Below, in pieces: positions 42,401-53,800 of a DNA stretch of 64,000 nucleotides. Every line of letters begins with the position of its first letter. The first letter of the stretch is position 1. The notes under the pieces are model-generated. The model had not been told where the DNA came from. It worked only from the letters and a program-made list of their open reading frames with translations, and ran no database searches. The translations under genes were made by a program, and so were the position numbers. The stretch covers positions 19,468,001 through 19,532,000 of the forward strand of contig CM120646.1 of NCBI GenBank assembly GCA_051362555.1. The letters are read 5' to 3'. This stretch comes from Lingula anatina (Eukaryota; Animalia; Brachiopoda).

Positions 42401-45400
42401 TCTCACTTTTCTAAGGACTTTTCTTAATTTGGGTTTCAAGGCTGGTCTTCGTCTGGATTTCTTTCTTAACACCTTTAAGCGTCTGCTTAACTTTCTCAAT
42501 TTTTTCTTATTCACTCTAATTTTCCTTGCTTTCCTGTGAAGATATCTAGCTCTCCTGGACAAACGGTGTCTTCTCTTTCTTAGATGCCTTCTCAATATCT
42601 TTGAACGCCTGGATATCCTCTTTCTTCTATATCTTCTCTTCCTCTTTTGCAGCATTCTAGCTCTTCTGGACAACTGCCTAGATTTTCTACGAATAATTCT
42701 GCCTCGTTTGATTCTTTGCCTCATTCTTCTCACTTTTCTCTGGGCTTTTCTTAATTTGGGTTTCAAGGATGGTCTTCGTCTGGATTTCTTTCTTAACACC
42801 TTTAAGTGTCTGCTTAGCTTTCTCAATTTTTTCTTATTTACTTTAATTTTCCTTGCTTTCCTGTGAAGATTTCTAGCTCTCCTGGACAAACGGCGTCTTC
42901 TCTTTCTTAGATGCCTTCTCAATATCTTTGAACGCCTGGATATCCTCTTTCTTCTATATCTTCTCTTCCTCTTTTGCAGCATTCTAGCTCTTCTGGACAA
43001 CTGCCTAGATTTTCTATGAATAATTCTGCCTCGTTTGATTCTTTGCCTCATTCTTCTCACTTTTCTCTGGGCTTTTCTTAATTTGGGTTTCAAGGATGGT
43101 CTTCGTCTGGATTTCTTTCTTAACACCTTTAAGTGTCTGCTTAGCTTTCTCAATTTTTTCTTATTTACTTTAATTTTCCTTGCTTTCCTGTGAAGATTTC
43201 TAGCTCTCCTGGACAAACGACGTCTTCTCTTTCTTAGATGCCTTCTCAATATCTTTGAACGTCGGGATATCCTCTTTCTTCTGTATCTTCTCTTCCTCTT
43301 TTGCAGCATTTTACCTCTTCTGGACAACCGCCTATATTTTTTACGGATAATTTTGCCTCGTCTGATTCTTTGCCTCATTCTTCTCAATTTTCTCTTGACT
43401 TTTCTTAATTTCGGTTTCAAGGCTGGTCTTCTTCTGGACTTCCTTCTTAACACCTTTAAATGTCTGGTTAGCTTCCTGAATTTTTTCTTGTTCACTTTAA
43501 TTTTCCTTGCTTTCTTTCGAAGACGTCTAGCTCTTCTTCTCAAATAGCGTGACCTTCTTCGTAGACTCTTTCTTTTTAATATCTTTGAACGTTTGGATAC
43601 CCTCTTTCTTCTATATCGTCTTTTTCTCAATTGCAGCATCCTAGCCCTTCTAGACAAGCGCTTAGATTTTCTACGAAGTTGTCTGCCTCGTATGATCTTT
43701 TTCTTCATTCTTTTCACTATTTTCTTGACCTTTTTCACTTTGGGTTTCAAGGCAGGCCTTCTTCTGGATTTCCTTTTTAACACCTTTAAACGTCTGGTCA
43801 GCTTCCTGAATTTTTTCTTGTTCACTTTAATTTTCCTTGCTTTCTTTTGAAGACGTCTAGCTCTTCTTCTCAAACGGCGCGATCTTCTTCGTAGACTCTT
43901 TCTTTTTAATATCTTTGAACGTTTGGATACCCTCTTTCTTCTATATCGTCTTTTTCTCAATTGCAGCATCCTAGCCCTTCTAGACAAGCGCTTAGATTTT
44001 CTACGAAGTCGTCTGCCTCGTATGATCTTTTTCTTCATTCTTTTCACTATTTTCTTCACCTTTCTCACTTTGGGTTTCAAGGCTGGTCTTCTTCTGGATT
44101 TCCTTCTTAACACCTTTAAACGTCTGGTCAGCTTCCTGAATTTTTTCTTGTTTACTTTAATTTTCCTTGCTTTCTTTCGAAGACGTCTAGCTCTTCTTCT
44201 CAAACGGCGCGATCTTCTTCGTAGACTCTTTCTTTTTAATATCTTTGAACGTTTGGATACCCTCTTTCTTCTATATCGTCTTTTTCTCAATTGCAGCATC
44301 CTAGCCCTTCTAGACAAGCGCTTAGATTTTCTACGAAGTCGTCTGCCTCGTATGATCTTTTTCTTCATTCTTTTCACTATTTTCTTCACCTTTCTCACTT
44401 TGGGTTTCAAGGAAGGACTTCTTTTGGATTTCATTTTTAACACCTTTAAACGTCTGTTCAGCTTCCTGAATTTTTTGTTTACTTTAATTTTCATTGCTTT
44501 CTTACGAAGACGTCTAGCTCTTCTTCTCAAATGGCGCGATCTTCTTCGTAGACTCTTTCTTTTTAATATCTTTGAACGTTTGGATACCCTCTTTCTTCTA
44601 TATCGTCTTTTTCTCAATTGCAGCATCCTAGCCCTTCTAGACAAGCGTTTAGATTTTCTACGAAGTCTTCTGCCTCGTATGATCTTTTTCTTTATTCTTT
44701 TCACTATTTTCTTCACCCTTCTCACTTTGGGTTTCAAGGCAGGTCTTCTTCTGGATTTCCTTTTTAACACCTTTAAACGTCTGGTCAGCTTCCTGAATTT
44801 TTTCTTGTTTACTTTAATTTTCCTTGCTTTCTTTCGAAGACGTCTAGCTCTTCTTCTCAAACGGCGAGACCTTCTTCGTAGACTCTTTCTTTTTAATATC
44901 TTTGAACGTTTGGATACCCTCTTTCTTCTATATCGTCTTTTTCTCAATTGCAGCATCCTAGCCCTTCTAGACAAGCGCTTAGATTTTCTACGAAGTCGTC
45001 TGCCTCGTATGATCTTTTTCTTCATTCTTTTCACTATTTTCTTGACCTTTCTCACTTTGGGTTTCAAGGCAGGTCTTCTTTTGGATTTCCTTCTTAACAC
45101 CTTTAAACGTCTGTTCAGCTTCCTGAATTTTTTCTTGTTTACTTTAATTTTCATTGCTTTCTTACGAAGACGTCTAGCTCTTCTTCTCAAACGGTGCGAC
45201 CTTCTTCGTAGACTCTTTCTTTTTAATATCTTTGAACGTTTGGATACCCTCTTTCTTCTATATCGTCTTTTTCTCAATTGCAGCATCCTAGCCCTTCTAG
45301 ACAAGCGCTTAGATTTTCTACGAAGTTGTCTGCCTCGTATGATCTTTTTCTTCATTCTTTTCACTATTTTTTTCACCTTTCTCACTTTGGGTTTCAAGGC

Positions 45401-48400
45401 AGGTCTTCTTCTGGATTTCCTTCTTAACACCTTTAAACGTTTGGCTAGTTTCCTGAATTTTTTCTTGTTTACTTTAATTTTCCTTGCTTTCTTTCGAAGA
45501 CGTCTAGCTCTTCTTCTCAAACGGCGCGACTTTCTTCGTAGACTCTTTCTTTTTAATATCTTTGAACGCTTGGATACCCTCTTTCTTCTAAATCGTCTTT
45601 TTCTCCATTGCAGCATCCTAGCCCTTCTAGACAAGCGCTTAGATTTTCTACGAAGTCGTCTGCCTCGTATGATCTTTTTCTTCATTCTTTTCACTATTTT
45701 CTTGACCTTTCTCACTTTGGGTTTCAAGGCAGGTCTTCTTCTGGATTTTCTTTTTAACACCTTTAATCGTTTGGCTAGCTTCCTGAATTTTTTCTTATTT
45801 ACTTTAATTTTCCTTGCTTTCTTTCGAAGACGTCTAGCTCTTCTTCTCAAACGGCGCGACCTTCTTCGTAGACTCTTTCTTTTTAATATCTTTGAACGCT
45901 TGGATACCCTCTTTCTTCTGTATCTTCTTTTTCTCAATTGCAGCATCCTAGCCCTTCTAGACAAGCGCTTAGATTTTCTACGAAGTCGTCTGCCTCGTAT
46001 GATCTTTTTCTTCATTCTTTTCACTATTTTTTTCACCTTTCTCACTTTGGGTTTCAAGGCAGGTCTTCTTCTGGATTTCCTTCTTAACACCTTTAAACGT
46101 TTGGCTAGTTTCCTGAATTTTTTCTTGTTTACTTTAATTTTCCTTGCTTTCTTTCGAAGACGTCTAGCTCTTCTTCTCAAACGGCGCGACTTTCTTTGTA
46201 GACTCTTTCTTTTTAATATCTTTGAACGCTTGGATACCCTCTTTCTTCTGTATCCTCTTTTTCTTAATTGCAACATCCTAGCCCTTCTAGACAAGCGCTT
46301 AGATTTTCTACGAAGTCGTCTGCCTCGTATGATCTTTTTCTTCATTCTTTTCACTATTTTCTTGACCTTTTTCACTTTGGGCTTCAAGGCAGGTCTTCTT
46401 CTAGATTTTCCTTTTAACACCTTTAAACGTTTGGCTAGCTTCCTGAACTTTTTCCTATTTACTTTAATTTTCCTTGCTTTCTTTCGAAGACGTCTAGCTC
46501 TCTTTTTCAAACGGCGCGACTTTCTTTGTAGACTCTTTCTGTTTAATATCTTTGAACGCTTGAATACCCTCTTTCTTCTGTATCCTCTTTTTCTCAATTG
46601 CAGCATCCTAGCCCTTCTAGACAAGCGCTTAGATTTTCTACGAAGTCGTCTGCCTCGTATGATCTTTTTCTTCATTCTTTTCACTATTTTCTTGACCTTT
46701 TTCACTTTGGGTTTCAAGGTAGGTCTTCTTCTGGATTTTCTTTTTAACACCTTTAATCGTTTGGCTAGTTTCCTGAATTTTTTCTTATTTACTTTAATTT
46801 TCCTTGCTTTTTTTCGAAGACGTCTAGCTCTCCTTTTCAAACGGTGCCACCTTCTGCGTAGACTCTTTCTTTTTAATATCTTTGAACGCTTGGATACCAT
46901 CTTTCTTCTGTATCCTCTTTTTCTCATTTGCAGCTTCCTAGCCCTTCTAGACAAGCGTTTGGCTAGCTTCCTGAATTTTTTCTTATTTACTTTAATTTTC
47001 CTTGCTTTCTTTCGAAGACGTCTAGCTCTCTTTTTCAAACGGCGCGACTTTCTTCGTAGACTCTTTCTTTTTAATATCTTTAAACGCCTGGATACCCTCT
47101 TTCTTCTGTATCCTTTTTTTCTCAATTGCAGCATCCTAGCCCTTCTAGACAAGCGCTTAGATTTTCTACGAAGTCGTCTGCCTCGTATGATCTTTTTCTT
47201 CATTCTTTTCACTATTTTCTTGACCTTTCTCACTTTGGGTTTCAAGGCAGGCCTTCTTCTGGATTTTCTTTTTAACACCTTTAATCGTTTGGCTAGCTTC
47301 CTGAATTTTTTCTTGTTCACTTTAATTTTCCTTGCTTTCTTTCGAAGACGTCTAGCTCTTCTTCTCAAACGGCGCGATCTTCTTCGTAGACTCTTTCTTT
47401 TTAATATCTTTGAACGCTTGGATACCCTCTTTCTTCTGTATCGTCTTTTTCTCAATTGCAGCATCCTAGCCCTTCTAGACAAGCGCTTAGATTTTCTACG
47501 AAGTCGTCTGCCTCGTATGATCTTTTTCTTCATTCTTTTCACTATTTTCTTGACCTTTCTCACTTTGGGTTTCAAGGCAGGCCTTCTTCTGGATTTTCTT
47601 TTTAACACCTTTAATCGTTTGGCTAGCTTCCTGAATTTTTTCTTGTTCACTTTAATTTTCCTTGCTTTCTTTCGAAGACGTCTAGCTCTTCTTCTCAAAC
47701 GGCGCGATCTTCTTCGTAGACTCTTTTTTTTTAATATCTTTGAACGCTTGGATACCCTCTTTCTTCTGTATCGTCTTTTTCTCAATTGCAGCATCCTAGC
47801 CCTTCTAGACAAGCGCTTAGATTTTCTACGAAGTCGTCTGCCTCGTATGATCTTTTTCTTCATTCTTTTCACTATTTTCTTGACCTTTCTCACTTTGGGT
47901 TTCAAGGCAGGCCTTCTTCTGGATTTTCTTTTTAACACCTTTAATCGTTTGGCTAGCTTCCTGAATTTTTTCTTATTTACTTTAATTTTCCTTGCTTTCT
48001 TTCGAAGACGTCTAGCTCTTTTTTTCAAACGGCGCGACTTTCTTCGTAGACTCTTTCTTTTTAATATCTTTGAATGCTTGGATACCCTCTTTCTTCTGTT
48101 TCCTCTTTTTCTCAATTGCAGCATCCTAGCCCTTCTAGACAAGCGCTTAGATTTTCTACGAAGTCGTCTGCCTCGTATGATCTTTTTCTTCATTCTTTTC
48201 ACTATTTTCTTGACCTTTCTCACTTTGGGTTTCAAGTTAGGTCTTTTTTTGGATTTTCTTTTTAACACCTTTAAACGTCTGGTCAGCTTCTTGAATTTTT
48301 TCTTGTTTACTTTAATTTTCATTGCTTTCTTTCGAAGACGTCTAGCTCTCTTTTTCAAACGGCGCGACCTTCTTCGTAGACTCTTTCTTTTTAATATCTT

Positions 48401-50482
48401 TGAACGCTTGGATACCCTCTTTCTTCTGTTTCCTCTTTTTCTCAATTGCAGCATCCTAGCCCTTCTAGACAAGCGCTTAGATTTTCTACGAAGTCGTCTG
48501 CCTCGTATGATCTTTTTCTTCATTCTTTTCACTATTTTCTTGACCTTTTTCACTTTGGGTTTCAAGGCAGGCCTTCTTCTGGATTTCCTTTTTAACACCT
48601 TTAAACGTCTGGTCAGCTTCCTGAATTTTTTCTTGTTTACTTTAATTTTCTTTGCTTTTTTTCGAAGACGTCTAGCTCTTCTTCTCAAACGGCGCGACTT
48701 TCTTTGTAGTCTCTTTCTTTTTAATATCTTTGAACGCTTGGATACCCTCTTTCTTCTGTATCCTCTTTTTCTCAATTGCAGCATCCTAGCCCTTCTAGAC
48801 AAGCGCTTAGATTTTCTACGAAGTCGTCTGCCTCGAATGATCTTTTTCTTCATTCTTTTAACTATTTTCTTGACCTTTCTCACTTTGGGTTTCAAGGTAG
48901 GTCTTCTTCTTGATTTTCTTTTTAACACCTTTAAACGTCTGGTCAGCTTCCTGAATTTTTTCTTATTTACTTTAATTTTCTTTGCTTTCTTTTGAAGACG
49001 TCTAGCTCTCTTTTTCAAACGGCGCGACCTTCTTCGTAGACTCTTTCTTTTTAATATCTTTGAACGCTTGGATACCGTCTTTCTTCTGTATCCTCTTTTT
49101 CTCAAGTGCAGCTTCCTAGCCCTTCTAGACAAGCGTTTGGCTAGCTTCCTAAATTTTTTCTTATTTACTTTTATTTTCCTTGCTTTTTTTCGAAGACGTC
49201 TAGCTCTTTTTCTCAAACGGCGCGACTTTCTTCGTAGACTCTTTCTTTTTAATATCTTTGAATGCTTGGATACCCTCTTTCTTCTGTATCCTCTTTTTCT
49301 CAATTGCAGCATCCTAGCCCTTCTAGACAATTTTCTACGAAGTCGTCTTCTTGATTTTCTACTTATAATTCTTTTCCTTGTAGCTACCTTTGTCCTTGAA
49401 CGCCTTGACTTTTGCTTTGCAATTCTTCGTCTTGCTCCAACTGACTTTTTCTTTGAGCTTCTTACAGACTTGTTTCTAGCAATTTTAACTCTCTTAGCAG
49501 CAGTTTTTGGTCTTTTACGTCTTCTAGATTTTCTCTTTAGAAGTCCTCTTTTTCTTGTAGCAGTCTTAGCTCTGGACTTTCTGCGTTTTCTCCTACTTCT
49601 GTTGTTGACGATTTGTGATGTTTTTACCTAAATGTAGTAAAGATTTTATTAACCTAATTTCCTGAACCAAATACAGTTTTGATCTTGTGAAATGTTTACA
49701 TGTTCAGAGGACTCTGGCTGTGTTGCACAAAAACAACACTGCAGGCCTTCTTTAAGTCTAATTGCAGTACGAAATATGTTCATATTAGGGTTTTATTATT
49801 TTTATTAGGAAATATTGAAAGCTTTGTAGGCAATAAATGTGACCATGGAAGATTTTTTTAAATGGGTGGAGAGAACCTTTAAACTATCTATTTAAGAAGG
49901 CTCTCTGATATATATAAACATGTGCACAGATTTCAAGCAACAGTAATTTTTTTATAATAACAGCTAAGAATTAGAAATTGTAACAACATAAGTCACATAA
50001 ATGTGAACACTTTTACACTCCTATTTTAAGCTTTAAAAAGCTTTGTTGATATTATGCTCAAAGCACAATATAGATATCAACTGCATGTTGCACTTTGCAA
50101 AGAATTAACACTGACTTTTACCACAGAAGTATACCACCAGCAATTTGTTTACAAATGCAGAAATGGGGGATGAACTCGTGGAGTGGTATGAAAAAGGATG
50201 ATGCTATGTTTACAAAACCTACATAATCAGATTCAGAATATTCATCAAGACTTGTAATATAACTAAAAGGTTCCACATGATGATTTTTAATGTATACCAC
50301 CAGCAATTTGTTTACAAATACAGAAATGGGGGATGAACACGTGGAGTGATATGAAAAAGGATGATGCTATGTTTACAAAACCTACGTAATCAGATTCAGA
50401 ATACATCAAGACTTGTAATATAACTAAAAGGTTCCACATGATTTTTAATTGACAGCAGCAGTCACATGACTAGGCTGCAACA

Positions 50483-50520
<38 letters not shown>

Positions 50521-53500
50521 AAAAGAAAAAAATAACAACATCTATTTTGCCCTGGCCGGTTTCATTGCATCTTCGCGGCATTTGCAATGGCTGACGTGAA
50601 AAACCACACCTTGCAAATAAAGCTCTATTAAAATCAAACAAAGTCACACTGCGCAGTCATTTATTATAGACATGCAGATACCATTTAAGAACTTTGGAAA
50701 AAAATGAAGCAAAAATTGTATCTCATAGGGGGTGGGACTATAGTGCAAGAAAAAAGTTGCTAGCCTGAATTGTTTCTCACATTTTTAGATATAAGTTACA
50801 ATATTATCTTAGGTTAAAAATTTCAAAGTTTCAAGAATGTACTATCTCTATAGTATAGTCACACTGCTCTCGGATTCAACATTCAAATAAAAAAATCTGA
50901 AAAAATGACATTTCTCGATACCTCTGTCAAAGAGTAAAATTTCTCGACCTTCATAGCATTGACAGTTGGGATTTTTATTCAAATGCAATGAAAACTAACC
51001 TGAGAACAATGTTGAGATGAACGCAACACATTTAAACTGGTTCCAGGAGGATTTTTCTTAACAACCTTTGCCTCTCCTTGATGCGTGGCATGCGAAAGGC
51101 AACCCAGTACTTTGTAGGTGCACTTTGAAAATTGCTCCCCTTCTGTTTAGATTTTATCAATGGGATTTTATCGTTTATACAAAAAAATGATCCAAAGAAA
51201 GGGACCGGTGTTTATGTATTCTGATATCATTTATGCAGGAGATTATATGTTGACCTATTTATAAAATTTTTCATAAACAAATTTGACAAGTGGAAAGGAA
51301 ACACGTGGAATGAAGTTGGGCAGGCGGACAAATAAAATGTGGGTCTCTGGTGAATGTAGCCAAACTTAAGAACAGAGAAATATTTCAGACATTTAGCAAA
51401 GGTATTTATGTTATTTTCACTTTCTGATTCTAATGTTTAATATGCTATGGTCAGTATGTTCAGTTCAACTATCACGTACTTGTTATTAGCACTGACAATT
51501 TTTTTCGTATTTTTCTTGACACTACAAATTCTATTCATACATGTTTTGAATACAGGCAAGATGTACATGTACATGCATGGCATATATTCCTTGGTATAGA
51601 ACTTGTATATTTTGAGGTAAAACCACTACCAAATATGACGATCTGTTTAGTCAGGAAGGGGAGGTGAGGTGGCAGAGTCCTTATATTACAACCTAGAATA
51701 CACTTTTTGTTTAGCACATGACACTGCAGTATAGCTTTTATGAATTTCATGTACTAGATTTTTTTTTACAATATTAGGTTAAAGAAAAGGAAATATTTCT
51801 ATCTTGGCTGTATTATTGTGTGATCGTTTCCTCAGTTATTATTTTTTATTTATTATGCAGAGCAACTGTCAGTATCTATTGTTGTTGTTGCAGCTATAGC
51901 TTCATATGCAAGTGTCATTCTTTTTTTAATGATTTCATAATTAACATATGATCAAAGTGCTTTGCTATATGTTCATGGACTGTTACTGCCAGTACTGGCA
52001 TATACTTAACCTGACCACAGAAATTTAGATAAGACATTTAGATAACACTTTTTAAGTTTTCATGTGTTATCTGAACTGCCAGCTTCTCAACAAGGAGTCA
52101 AGTGCTAGTTGTTTTTGTTGCCAGAAGTTACTCAGATGCAATTATACATGTCTTAGATCGCATTCACAACGAGTTGAGCCAGGCTTTTCAAATCCTGGGG
52201 ACTAAATATGGCGGACGTACATGAAAGAAAAAACGCCTAATCTTTTAATAGTCTCTCCGCCTCTCACATGCCTCCCCATGTGTCGTCCCAATGGAGCCGA
52301 AATTTAATGACTGCACCCCCGCAGGGACGACGCATGGAGTGGCGTGTGAGAGGCGGAGAGACTATTAAAAGATTAGGCGGTTTTTCTTTCATGTACGTCT
52401 GCCATATTTAGTCCCAAGGATTTGTAAAGCCTGGCTCAACTCGTTGTGAATGCGGTCTTAGGATTTATGAAAGCTGGAACTAAAGACATAATGAGAAAAA
52501 AGACTTCTTGAGATTTATGACTTTTTTTGTGTTTTGTTTGAAAACTAAGTTTAAATCATGAGTAGCTTAACTCTGATGCAGAGCCTGAAATAGACACCAC
52601 TTCCTTCTCTGACAAAGTCGAATGTTAAAACAACATAATTTGCCCGCTGGGTATTACCTTGATTTCTTGATAATACCAATCCTTAGAAATAAAACTTTGG
52701 TGTTACATTTTTTAGTGAATGCATGCATGGTTATTTATTATCTAGAAAATGGAATTTAAAAAATTGAAACTACCGGAGAAGGTCAAAAGTGTTTTTTCTT
52801 TTCGCTGTCACTAGTGTTGGGCAGACAGCATATAACCATTGCATAGTACTTTGGTATAATCCCCCCTACCCCATTCAATCATAGCTGAGCTTTATTTTTA
52901 ACTATATGTATAGGTTTTACATAATGCCGTTATACTTTTTCCTTCACAAATGAGGTTCGATGTCATTATTTTTTTTTTTGTATGCAATGTTACCTTCTGA
53001 GCTTTGGCCCATACATTTAGATTGTTTAAAGTGTATGAATACTTTTCTTTTTATTTTCCTTTTAGACTGCCTAAGTTTACACTAAAAAGCATAAATAATT
53101 GTTCAAATATCAGGTACGTGTGGTTCTTTTATCATGACACACATGATCACACTTCTTGAAAATGAAACTTTTAAAAACTAGATCAGAGAGGCTATACTGA
53201 CACCGGGTATTGTACCACCAGCTGAAGTAAGTGCATGCATATGGAAAAGCAAAAGAAGGGACACCACCCTCAGTGTTATGCTTGACAAGCTCTACAAAAT
53301 ACCCAGGCAAGGTTTCGACTTTCATTATGAAGACTCACTTCATTGCCTTAGGTGTAATTTGTTATCAGTTATGGTGCTTTTTGGATTTTATCTGCTGTCA
53401 TCTACCTCTTTAATACCTGTTAGCATTATTGTCAATTACACCCTATTTCCAAAGATTAGATCGACCTACTTTAGATCGACCTAACTCCCTGGGGGTTCAA

Positions 53501-53765
53501 GCTAAATAGCTGTCAGCCGGGCGGACACGAAAGTTAATTACCTCCTTACAGCTTGTAGTAGGCGGGACGGACATTTAAGTCGGATTATCTGAAAGTAATC
53601 TAGTGAGACTCCCCGCGGGGATAGATCGATCTAAAACCTATGGGAATAGAGCCTTAGTGTCAAGGCTACAGTACAATGTACATTTGCAGGGTTCTCCCCA
53701 GGATTTGAAAATAGCCCTTTTTTTTTTTACGCGAGAGTACCGAAGCTCGCGAAGCGAGGCACAAA

Positions 53766-53800
<35 letters not shown>

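Noticed and set aside
27059-49330. Stand-alone protamine or histone H1-like nuclear protein starting at 49330
   Set aside because: The listed start is TTG; the frame extends to a splice acceptor at 49627 and has a phase-matched donor to the EGF exon; no H1 globular domain is visible
28134-49631. Long Phe/Leu-rich plus-strand ORFs (up to 1690 aa) that look like multi-pass membrane proteins
   Set aside because: They are the antisense shadow of AAA/AAG/AGA codons, mostly start at non-ATG codons and are broken repeatedly by stops at homologous positions, while the minus frame is unbroken and spliceable
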